A stretch of DNA of 64,000 nt from Podarcis gaigeae (lineage: Eukaryota): the NCBI GenBank assembly GCA_964106915.2, contig OZ066918.1; one strand, written 5' to 3'. Position 1 is the first letter of the stretch. Each line of letters starts with the position of its first letter. Shown in pieces: positions 24,514 to 36,512 of this stretch. Both the position numbers and the translations under genes were made by a program. Below the pieces are notes generated by a model, which was not told the DNA's origin, did not search any database, and was given only the letters and a program-made list of their open reading frames with translations.

Positions 24514-27500
24514 CCACCACTATGCATGAGCCATGTGTGTATGCAGCACCAATTCCGTGCTACTCAAACATCTCTCCATTATGTGTTTAGCTTCCAAACT
24601 GGCATATTATGGTTAACATCTAGGGCTGCAATCTTAACACCACTTACCTGGGAGTAAGCGCTATTGAATTCAACTGGACTACTTTTGAATAGACATGGTG
24701 AGGATTACTACCCAAGCCAGAACTGGTAACCAACCATAGGCATGCATATTCAGTCTATTTGTATTTTATTTCTTTTCTTTCTATATACACATATACAAAA
24801 AGAATTCCAGATGAAATTTTAAATAATGACATTTTCGTCTTATTACTCAAGACTGGCAAGATGTGGGGAACAGGGAGAGAAGGGGAATCCAGCAGCCGTT
24901 GATCAGCAAGGCAGATATATATCACTGCCACCTGTTTATGAGTAAACATGATAAAATGCTTCCCATATATTCAGAAGTTCATAATGGTCATAGTGCAGAA
25001 ACAGAGTTATTAATCAACTCAGATCTCTGAGACTCTCCTAAGCCAAGGCAATAAAATCTCCACTGTCATCAAGCTTCATAAGCTGAGGGAAAAAGTTATA
25101 AGACTGTCAAGCAGTGCATTCGATTTGTGGATGCTGTGCTGAAGAACAATCACCTGAGTACACTCACTTTTTTTTAAAAAAAATACTTTTGCATATCCAA
25201 AGACACACGCTTTTAATGGTAATTTAAGTTGAACGGGAGAGTTAAGCACCTGCTTGAATCTCTCCCACTGAAATCAATGGGTTCTGGCTTGATAAGATCT
25301 AAAGAATTTGTGCTAAGTTTATTGCTATTTTATACAATGCCCTCTATGCATTTTGCAAAAAAGAACAAGTTTCTACCCCAAGCAACTTACAATTAAAAAC
25401 CCCCAGACAAAATGGAGACAAAAGGAGGAGAGGGAAACTGAGAAGAATTTGTGGTTATTTCAGTCTCACATGCTTAGGCTTAGTAGGATATTGGAATTTG
25501 GGGTTTGTTCCAAAAGCATCATGGAAAATAAGGTTTGTTTGATGATGCTCTTGTGAGCACATGAGTGACTGATAAACTAGGCCCACGTAGTCCTGAATTT
25601 TGTTTTAACAGTGGTCCACCTCACGTGGTACTCACGTGGTATGGCGAAAGACTTTCCCAGATGTCATGTTCCCATCATCTGGTATTCATAAATATATTCC
25701 CTCTGTACAGCAAAATGCCATTTACCTATCATGAATAATTGCTGCTGATAGTCCTGCCCTACCACTAGATTTGTCTAAATCTTTTAAAAGAAAAACAAAT
25801 TTTAATATGGAATGCTTTTTTATAGCACATGAGGGACAAAAGGTGCCCTCTTGTCATTTTAAGCAGCAATGCCATTTCTTAAAATCCTTAGGTTGGCTTC
25901 ATGTATGTGCCTGGAACCTACACAAGCTTCTTCTCCTTACCTTCAACCCCTTCCATGGCCTTGTCCCTCCTCCTAACTCACCGCCTACAGACCAAGACAT
26001 CCCTAAGTTTGACTTTTGCTTGTCCAGTCCACATTAGTGCAAAGGTCTCCTACTCCCCCAAATGACTTATCTGCCGCTTTAAAAATTATATTTATATCCC
26101 AGTTTCTTTGAGGTGGTACACATGGTTCACCCCATATTCTATTCTAACTTTCCAACATCCCTGTCAGGTAGGTTTGGCTGAGAGATGGTGACTTGCCCAA
26201 GATCACCCCAGTCAGCTGCAATACTGAGCAGGATTTGAACCTTGGTCTCCCAGGTTCAACACTCTAGCTGCTATACCAAACTGGCTTCATATCTACGTGG
26301 GACTGCCTCTGCACAAGGCCATGGGTCTTGCTTTACTCATGAAACCCACCTTTACAGCACAATCCTATACATATCTACATGGAAGACAGATCCATTATGT
26401 CTCATAAGCCTTCCTTCCAGGTAAGAGTGGATAGTACTGCAGCCTAAATGCATTTGCTTGGATATTGTAGGGTTTTCAATATGACACTTACCCAACAGGG
26501 TAATCAGAAGGATGAATAACTGAGTATCATAAAATACTTCATATACTTAGTACCACGGAAATTAAATTTCTGTATCCTGCCATCAAACAAGTTCTAAAGA
26601 ACATTTATTTTTAAAACAGCTACTTCTGCCCAAGATATATAGTCTTTAGGGAATGTGCATAGTTCACATAAAGCATACTAAACAAAACTACTGTAGTCTA
26701 AAGTGAATCCAAATGCATTACTAACACACTGCACTTTCATAAGCTTAAAAAAATATGACAGCAGTTGGGTCAGATATTTCAATTTACTGGCTTGTCCTTA
26801 GAAATGCCTAAGTAGAGATTAAGAGGTATACAGGAGGTTTCAGAGAAACTACTTGGCAATGATCCTTTCACAAGAGTTATTCAAAATCCATCAGACAGTA
26901 ACCCCAGGTCACTAACAACCTGTGTTTTACATAGTAAAGAGCCCCTCTCAGATCTTAATTACTTCCCGTAAGCATCCCTTCCCTCCTAATACCTGCTCCC
27001 TCACATTTTCTCTCAGTAAAGCCTGTCGTTATTCTGTAATAACTTACCTCTAACCATATGTCTGGAGCAATTGCACTGTCTCGAGACAAAACTGCTAATG
27101 TCTGTATGTTTCAATATGGGTTGCACCAGCAAAGTATTTCAAGGACCAATTAGCTCCACACAAGCAAAGCCAAGAATCTCACAAACCTCATTTAACCCTC
27201 CTGATTTGGGAGAGAGAGAGAACTTCTCAACTGGGAGAAATTGTCAGCACTTGAAGTCTAAGCAAAATGTAGACTGGGGGAAGTTTTCCTGGAGTGCACC
27301 TCCATGTTATCCATGGAGCAGATATAATGTAGTGGCTAAGGGACTTGAACTATACTGTATAGAAGTTCCTGGGTGCAACCCCCAGTTGGTCTTATGTAAG
27401 TCCACCCCTTTTCAGCCTCTGCTCTCCACCCATCTGCCATTTGAGGATAACATTACTGGCCTAGCTTACAGGGGTGCTGGTATGTGTTTTAAAAAACCCC

Positions 27501-28199
27501 AGATAAAATATGTGAAGCTCTTTGAAGCTTTGCATCTTTTAGGTCTACATAAAACTGTATGAAGAGTCTCAAAATACTTTTCTCTTTGCAACATGATCTC
27601 ATGAATTTGTTCTATAATAGCCACTGGAGAATGCTTCTTGTTTTTTCCTTTAATTTGTTTTTGGAAGGGCATATTCTAAGATGTTTTTGTCACCTGAGCA
27701 GCCAAGCCTAGAGATTAGGGATGGCCTACAGTTTTCATAAATTTAGATTCCCCCCTCCCAACAACTTCCATTATGACAGGGAAGCATCCACTTATATTTC
27801 ATGGTAGCCTTAAGCTAAAAGCAAAATTATGAGTTGAAAGTCTGCATAATTAGCTTCTATTTCCATCTACTTCAAGCTCTGTCTTCAGGGGAGAAATTTG
27901 TTGCTGCTACTTCAACTTTTCAGTATTCCCTGCAATTAAGTTGCCCCCTCAAGAGCACCCAACACTGTGGAGAGGCCCTTCGGTACCTAAGACGAAACCA
28001 AAGAAGCTGAAAATTAAATCATCATTCCTGAGCCACATTTCAGGAAGAAATAGCCAGAGCTAATATCTCTACATAGAAATTTATAGCTATTGATAGTTGA
28101 CAAATGAAATAAGCCAATCAACCTTTTAAACGGATTACAATAACCAAGAATTCACTTCTGCATAATCACATATACTTGCTGTCATTATATACAAGGTCA

Positions 28200-28367
<168 letters not shown>

Positions 28368-30139
28368 CTAAAAATATAGAGAAAGAGAACAGCACAACGA
28401 TTTGCTTTGATACGTGTAGGTAATTCCATATACAACCTCTGCAAAATGCTAACCAATAAAACAACTTACTGTACTACATATAGAAAAGGGAATGATTTAG
28501 AGATGGGCAGACCCAACCAAACACTTTGGTTCTTCACTTTTCTTTGGGTCCTTTATTACTTCTAAGCCCTCAAGCATGATAATTTCAACAAGTCTTTATT
28601 GGTCTGTGACCAAAATCATTCATTCAATATAGTATACGTCAGTAAAAAGTATTTGCCTCTGTTCCAGTAGTATGGCATTTAATAATAACTAGCAAAACTG
28701 CCATTGTGACAGGCAGGGGGTGTTGAGAAGGCTGTGCATGTCTAAATAATGGGGACACATGGCACATATACATGATACAGAAATCATCCACTTATATGGG
28801 AAACATATTGGGGGCTAAACTTGCTCCCTCTTCCTGATGACCACCATGTCTGGATTGTGTTCACTGGCCATGCTAGAGTGTGACTGAACGGTCAGAACTA
28901 GTTATTAAAGTGTTGCATTTTGAACACTAAATGTTGTGGTCCTTGCAAACACACCCCTTTATAACTCATTTAATTCCATTTATGAAGGGCTTCCCATCAA
29001 ATATTCTGAATCAATATAATAATAAAAATCACCAGCAATATAAGAAACAATGTCAAATATATTTAAAAAATCAAATCCAATTCAGGTACACAGCCTGGGA
29101 TAAAAACTTTATTTATAACTATTGTTGGGGAAAAAATCAAAAAGGTGACTGTCTGATACATAACAGAACAGATTTCGTTACCCAGTTCCTATACTGAGTC
29201 AAACAGCTTTCCCTAAGGCCATTCATCAAATTCATGGCATATGTGAAAGGGGTACACCCCCCACGCAGACACATGATTACTTTGCCACATTAGGCCTTTA
29301 ATCAACCAAATGGCCTTTTTTCAAAATGCTCTCACTTTCAAATGTCCATCTCCACCAGGATTTGCTTTAAGAACTCTGGTTAGGGGCAGAGTGAAAGTGC
29401 TTGACTATTTCACAGAAAGTGGGGAGGAGGGGAGTGACTATGCAAACAGGTCATCAGAAAACTACCTTCAATCAATACTCTACAGTATATTTTAAAGAAA
29501 TTCAATTCAAGGCACATAGCAGCAGAGCAAAACCACCTGAAAGTTCAGCTTACATCAGCTTCCCATCTTTTGCATTCTTAATAAACTGCAGCTTAAGGTC
29601 AGACAAATCAACTGAAAAAGGAAGCAAGTGCTAACAACTCTTCCAGCTGTTTATCTTAATTTAGCATGGATCTAAGCCTGGCTAAATTTTGAAAAATAGG
29701 ACAGGGAAAAGCTGACACAGCAATTTCATGACCAATTGCAGTATCTGAAGTCGTCTGTAGCCTAGTTGTGCTTTCTCACTGCTGTTAAAATCCAAATCAT
29801 TCCACGTTACGGATTGGACACACCTTATGCAACAATTTGATTCAAAACTTTGAAGGAACATGAGTAAGAATCTGCCTGCTGTTGTCACTTACTGCAGTCG
29901 TACCCTACCTCAGCTTCAAATAACTCAGGACACTGTACATGGGACATTCTCTATTTTTTGCTCACAACACCCAGTGAGGTAGAGTTAGACAGAGAGGTCT
30001 TGGCTGGTGCAAGGTCATCCTGTGAACATCATGGCAGAGCAGGAACTTCATCCCAGATCCTTGCAGTCTAAGTGTGACACACTATTGTCTACAATGACTT
30101 CTTGCATACCTGAAGGAATGTCTCCACCTCCATCATTCA

Positions 30140-30640
30140 GCCTGGACACTGAGATCCAGCACCAAGGGCCTTCTGGGGGTTTCCTCACTGCAAGAAGTGA
30201 AGCTACAGGGAACCAGGCAGAGGGTCTTCTTGGTAGTGGCACCTACCCTATGGAACGCCCTCCCATCAGATGTCAAGGAGATTATATAACCTTTAGAAGA
30301 CACCTGAAGGCAGCCCTGTATAGAGATGCTTTCTATTTTTTTTATTGGTTTAATGTTTTATTATGTTTTTATATACAGTGGTACCTCGGGTTACATACGC
30401 TTCAGGTTACAGACTCCGCTAACCCAGAAATATTGCCTTGGGTTAAGAACTTTGCTTCAGGATGAAAACAGAAATCATGCTCCGGCGGCACAGCGGCAGC
30501 AGGAGGCCCCATTAGCTAAAGTTAAGAACAGTTTCAGGTTAAGAATGGACCTCCAGAACGAATTAAGTTCTTAACCCAAGGTACCACTGTATGTTGGAAG
30601 CTGGCAGTCAGAAGGGTGGGGTACAAGCAATAAATTATAA
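30140..30640 (+). mobile_element. L2 LINE 3' end, interrupted by a Mariner MITE
   Basis: Reverse-complement match to about 13170-13390 (ITFRRHLKAALYRDAF); the tail resumes after 30591. Confidence 0.8.
30376..30589. mobile_element. Tc1/Mariner (Tigger-like) MITE
   Basis: TA|CAGTGGTACCTCGGGTTA ... TAACCCAAGGTACCACTG|TA; sibling of 49306-49530. Confidence 0.92.
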
Positions 30641-30647
30641 TAATCAG

Positions 30648-30966
30648 CACGCTTCTCCCCAGCGCCAGCCTCCAAACCAGGTCGGGGAACAGTGGGAAGG
30701 CGCGCTACGCCTCCCCGCTGTCCCCCGAGCTTGTGGGCTGCAGGCTGCTGCCCGCAAGCCTTGCGAGCCCGCGGGAACTCCCGCCGGGCTAGCAAGGCTT
30801 GCGGATAGCTTCCTGAAGCCTGGAGAGCGAGAGGGGTCGGTGCGCACCGACCCCTCTCGCTCTCCAGGCTTCAGCGAAAGCCTGGATTCGCCCCATAGGA
30901 CGCACACACATTTCCCCTTCATTTTTGGAGGGGAAAAAGTGCGTCCTATAGGGCGAAAAATACGGT
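30648..30966. mobile_element. GC-rich, one-ended pogo/Tigger-like DNA transposon fragment with an internal 62-bp palindrome
   Basis: Ends in ..GGGCGAAAAATACGG|TA (Tigger-type TIR plus TA); CpG-rich; no left TIR found. Confidence 0.65.
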
Positions 30967-33900
30967 ACCTAAATGAGAAGGAAAGCAATGAGTATGCAAC
31001 ATACATTTTACTGGAAAAGCAACCATAGATGTTGCTGAACTAAAACTCCCGTCAGTTCCAGCAAGCATGGCCAGGGATGATGAAAGTCATAGTTCACCAA
31101 TATCTAGAGAACCAACGGTTGCCCACATTTGCCTTAGTGCAACTATGTGCCCTAGAATCCACTGGAGTTCCATAGCAGACCATGCAGAAAAGGTTTCTGA
31201 AAGGCTGAGGAGCTTGAAGAGAAAAATGGCTGCTAACCTAAAACCCACACAGCCTGTCCCATTTAAAAATGTTTCATTTGGCTCACAGAATCTTTAGGAA
31301 GACAATGTGCAAAGCCAAGAGTGGGGTGCCAGCAATCTGAAGTTCCATGCTGCACTGTAATGGCAGAGATAAGTTGACATTTATTTTCATTTGGCAGCTT
31401 CCTGCAGTGCTCTAATGGGTAACGGGGTTAAAGAAAGATGCTCTAACATCTCACCTTTTGGCAGTGCTCTGAGAGCACAACTGTTACTTCAAAATAAAGG
31501 GACCGTGGGCTACTCTGCTGGACCACAGAGGGCAACAGAAGGGGCACAATGCACAGCCACCATCTGTTGTGCTATTTTAACACTTGAAAAATAAACCTGA
31601 AACAAGATCAAACTCATAAGGGATATTTCAGTCTTCATAAAGGGACAGAAACTTGGCTTTGGGTATTTGTTCCTTCTGCATCTGCAGCTCTTTCAGACAA
31701 TCCAAAAAGGTTAACATACAATCAGTTGCTTAATCAACAGAAGCCACCAGAGGCACAAGCAGACCTTGTTAAAATATATTCATGCTACAATTTTAATATC
31801 AAAACAAGAGTAATAGTTCATCACAGGATCACAGTGAAGAAAGGGTAACTTAAAAAGTAAGCATGATCAAGAGAAAAACATGACAGACTATAGACTCCTT
31901 GACTTCCAACATCAATGGAACAGTTAGATCAGCACCATTTGAACCACCCAGACCAGAAATATTCCTCATTTTCAGACTCAGGGCTTACTTTTAATCCTAA
32001 CTTCCAACAGCGGAACCATTTTATTTATTTGACTGTATATATTGCTCTTTCTCTGACTGTCTGCTGATACTAGTAAAACGAATATTATGCTATGTACTGC
32101 TCCCATTCGGTATATATAATGGATCAAGACAGGTGACTGCATTTTTGAACTCTCCTTTTGTTATGGCTACGGATTATTTGGGGGTGTTCCCTATAAGACT
32201 GCCATGATGAACTCCTCCACTTCAAAATTTACTACAGCATCATCAGCTACAAGTTTATTAGTTCATTTTACCATAATAATGATTTTAGTAATATGTTGTA
32301 GACAGCTCCATGGTCATTCAGGGCAGTCCAACTAAAGAAAAACTTTATTCCTCCCTACTACAGTTTTATTGATAATATCCTGGGAATTGTGGAGAGGGAG
32401 AAAGAGAGAATGATTAATACTATGGCCCAAAATGCCCAGTCAGTTTTGGGGGTTCTTCCAATGGTTTGAATTGCCACAGCCTACATATGTTTAACATATC
32501 AAATCAATTTATACCAAATATGTTTCTTGAGATTTCCTTTCTTCATGCAGAATTTTTAACCAAAATGCAATCATACCAATAAAACAGGTATCAACAATTC
32601 ACCTCCAAAATTTATTAAGAGAGAAGACTCCCCCAGCTAATTCTAGCTGCTCAGATTTACTGGCTAGGAAGGTTGCTCTTCTGGCAAATAAAAACAGAGA
32701 AACATGGATGTATCAAAAGTGTTTTTGATTTTTAAGTATTTGTAAAAACCCAGCCATTTCTGATCACCGTATTTCAGCAAAATGGAAATCAAAGGTCCAG
32801 TAACTGACGAAACAAAATAAAATAAAGGATTCCTCAGAGACAAATTCCCTTAACTAAAAAAGAGAAGTCTCGTCATATTATCACCCATAGGGCAGTAATA
32901 CTTGGAGGAGCTAATAACTTTTCCCAGACATTACAGAAAAGTCCTACTGCTATATAGAACTATTTCCCCCCAAAAGAATTACTACCCCTCACACCATTCA
33001 TATTTCTTTTTACTGGTCATTAACCCTCAGTCACATCTGCACCTTTCCCTTCTCCTGGTGTTCCGAAGACTCAAGCGAAGTGGTTCACAACAAGTTGTCA
33101 GTCCCTGAGTTATTCGTACATGAACAAGTCGCAAGGATTTATCTGACAAAGGAACTATTATATTCTCACTTCCTTCACTACCGAGTCGCACTCCAACATG
33201 CCTCGCGTGTCAGCTTTGATTTACTCGGCCATTTTTAATTGCCTTCTTTAATGGTATCAAGACAGAAATGGTTTCCAAGCCCTAAAGTTTAAAACAGATT
33301 TCATCTCCCCGCAACCCTCCTTTTTAGGTATATCACAATCATAAAACAGTTTGCTGTCGATTGCTCCACATATAAATTCATTAGCCTACCAAGAATGCCA
33401 GGACACCCGAGAAGCTCTTCTGCATAGATAAAAGCACACATCCAAAGCACACATTCTCCCCTAGGATGCAATGAAAGAGCAAAGAGCCTTTGGATGTGTA
33501 TCTCAAACAGCAACACACCACACAGAACCTAACTGCAGTTTATTTGCAATGGGGCAGAAGTACGTTCCTTTCAAAGACAAACACATCCATTAGTTCTTAG
33601 CCAATTGAACACCAGCTCACACCCGAGCTCTGGTTCAGATAAAATGCTAAACTAATTAGAATTACACCCAAACAAGGTCTGAAAGAAGCTCTTTGAATCC
33701 CAGTCATAATTTTCTATTGATCCAGAATCGTATAAACCACCAACAAATTGGTAGTGAGACAAATGGGACATAAAGCTTTCTATTAATGACTGCCTTAAGA
33801 ATGACCCAAGAAGAGACATGCAGAGCAGATGGAGACCCATGTCATTCCATATGTGGTTGGTTTCTAACCTGCTATCTGTCCCAGCCAGTATGACTAGCAT

Positions 33901-34051
33901 GAAATGAGCTGTGGTCTACCAGATCTCCTATCCCTGCTTTACATTTCTACACACACCTTAGCAACTGAAGACCACAACAATTTCACACCTCTTGATGGTA
34001 TAACTGACTGCAGTTTAATGCAAAATATTCCAGTGCAACAAGAATACATAC

Positions 34052-34238
34052 CTTACGGTCCCGAAATCCAGACCGCTGCTTCTTCTTCTTTTCTTCGACC
34101 GGAGCATCTTCATCGCTTGACTCAACAGCTTTCCCATCATCACTTCCTTCATTCACTACTTCTTCTCTTTTCTTCATCTTTTCACCAGGCTCTGCCCTTA
34201 TATCATGTTTCACAGATGATGGTGCTTCTGCATGGGCT
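34052..34238 (-). CDS. MICU1: MICU1 exon 3: AHAEAPSSVK...EEKKKKQRSGFRDRK, including the polybasic EMRE-binding motif
   Basis: Acceptor ttttctctcag|A GCC CAT GCA; donor AAG|gtatgt. 187 nt; the phase 2 start completes the Arg codon from exon 2. KKKK.RSGFRDRK is diagnostic of MICU1. Confidence 0.97.
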
Positions 34239-36266
34239 CTGAGAGAAAACAAGAAGGAAGTGTGAAGCAAGAACATCTGATCTTTTAAAATGCCTGTCAG
34301 ATTGTATTTTTGAAAAGCTACAAATTCAACAAGAACTTTGCAATTAGATCCTTCCTCAGAGAAATGAAAACCTTGTTCTAGGTACCCAACAAGCACCTTC
34401 TGCATTTAAGGACTGTTAGCCCGACATGCAACCCTTAAAAGCTAAATAGGATTTCTTAGTGCAAGGTGGACCTAGAAGATACTAACCCGATCAGTGCCAG
34501 TACTAAAGGAGAAGATGTTGATTGCATTCAGACAATAGCCTGTGGCTTCAAAAACCATGATTTATAAAGCCATAGCTGAGTATCACGGCTATGCGCTCCT
34601 CAGACCTCCACTCTTCCTATGCCAGCTTTGGCCTAGATCTCCATGCCAAAGTAGGTACAGGGTGGGAGAACGGAGAAGCATGGCATTCAACTAAGGCTTT
34701 ACAAATCATGGTTTATGAAGCAGTGGCTCAGCATCCAATGTAGCGACTGAATAAAGATCACTGAAAAGTCACTTCTTAACGAGCAACCTAAAGGTTTTTC
34801 CCCAAAACAGCAGCACCCAATGCCAACATTTTACACCCAATATCCACTCACCATGTATACCTTAAATGGCACATACAAAACTTCCAAGGTCAGAAGCAAT
34901 AAATAAATCTCACTATAAGTTTAAAACTCCCTGGCACGATGATTGAAAACACACAATTCTACTGACCCCAGTGAATGGGAACTATTATACTGGTGCATAT
35001 TCTCAACAGCATCCAACAGTCTCACTCTGAATGTCTTCAAAAGTGGTGGAATAAGTTTCAGAGCAGTTCTTTCATTCAATTGAAACAATATTTTATAACT
35101 GCCTACACAATGGGCATTTTCCTGACTGTGACTTCCATGGGAATGATGGAATTAGGTTGCTAGATGTAATAAACTTTCTCTTGCCTCCTTTTCTTGGAGT
35201 TTCCAAATACCATATCCTTTGCTAGGGGAAAAGCAGATAGTGTATATTGTACAATAAATAGATGAATGCTGTATATTGTACAAGTCAAGATTTTTCAAAA
35301 ATCATTTTTAAAGGGAAATGCAGCGCAGTGTCTCTCTTTCGACTCCACCGAACCCAAGTAACTAAACTGTACTGAAATTACTTTTTCTGGTTTTTTTTTC
35401 CAGAATATTGACTGAGTCCACATTATTAAGTGAATTTCACACTTCCTCATCTGCTCTACTGTATGATGAAAGGGAGAGGGCACTAGTGCTTTCTCCCCAG
35501 AAAAATATTGATCAGAAAATGCTTCTCACACAAGCCCGAAAATTCTTTTAACTTCTCTGCCCCAAAATAAACAAGCAGTTAAAGCAATAAAGGAAGGATC
35601 ATAAAAATTGGTTTTGCCTTCAGAACTGCAGCGTTCACAACAAACAACCTGCTCAGCCTCCGCTCTGTTGATTTATTTTTGATCCCCAACAAGTGATGAA
35701 CTGGGCTGCATTCCTTTCCTTTATGAAGCCGCAGAACTTGTAGTGCAAAGGATTGATGATAATGGTAACTGAAGCTCCTTGGCCATAAGCTATGAGACGG
35801 GAACCCAAATGCATGGCACAGGGAGTCTCTGCTTTGCAAACGCAATTCCTGATACCATCAGGAGGTGGAAAGTTAAGCGCTCAAAGTTATTTTGCAGCAC
35901 AATCCTATGCATGTCTATGCTGAACAGCATGCCTGTGAAACTCCAACTTTCTATATTTTGGGGGAGCAAGAAAGGACATTTATTACACTAAATAAACAGG
36001 GCACTTTGTAGAGTAAGATGAGCAAGAAAGGTCCCTGTCCAGAAGTGCTTTCAATCTAAATTTCAACAGAAAGTAGGACGGGGCAGAGAAGAGGGGAAAA
36101 TAATAATAAAGGAGCAAAAATTTGTGAATTCAAGTTTAGTTTTGGGGAGAGGGGGCTTAAAGCCTTAAAGCCAAACCTTCATGGGAAGAGCGAGTCTTTT
36201 GGTACCACAGTGGTGTTCTTGAAGGAAGGAAGCTCTATAGACAACCAATAGCAAGGGAATACAGTA

Positions 36267-36512
36267 CAGTCATACTTCGGGTTAAAGTAGCTTCGGGTTG
36301 AGCATTTTTGGGTTGTGCTCCGCAGCGACCCAGAAGTAACGGAACGTGTTACTTCCGGGTTTCGTTGCTTGTGCATGCGTAGACGCTCAAAATGTTGTCA
36401 CGCGCATGTGCAGACGTGGCGAATCGTGACCCACGCAAACGCGGGTCGCATTCGCTTCAGGATGCGAACAGGGCTCCGGAACGGATCCCGTTCACATCCA
36501 GAGGCACCACTG
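36267..36512. mobile_element. Tc1/Mariner (Tigger-like) MITE
   Basis: TA|CAGTCATACTTCGGGTT ... CCAGAGGCACCACTG|TA; internal ccagaagtaac/gttacttccgg inverted repeat. Confidence 0.8.

Noticed and set aside
30591-31028. Paired sense/antisense ORFs sharing a peptide
   Set aside because: An artefact of the 62-bp palindrome and the high GC content of a transposon fragment.
33983-34405. 140-aa ORF as a stand-alone gene
   Set aside because: Only 34052-34238 is exonic; the flanks are intronic read-through past clear splice sites.
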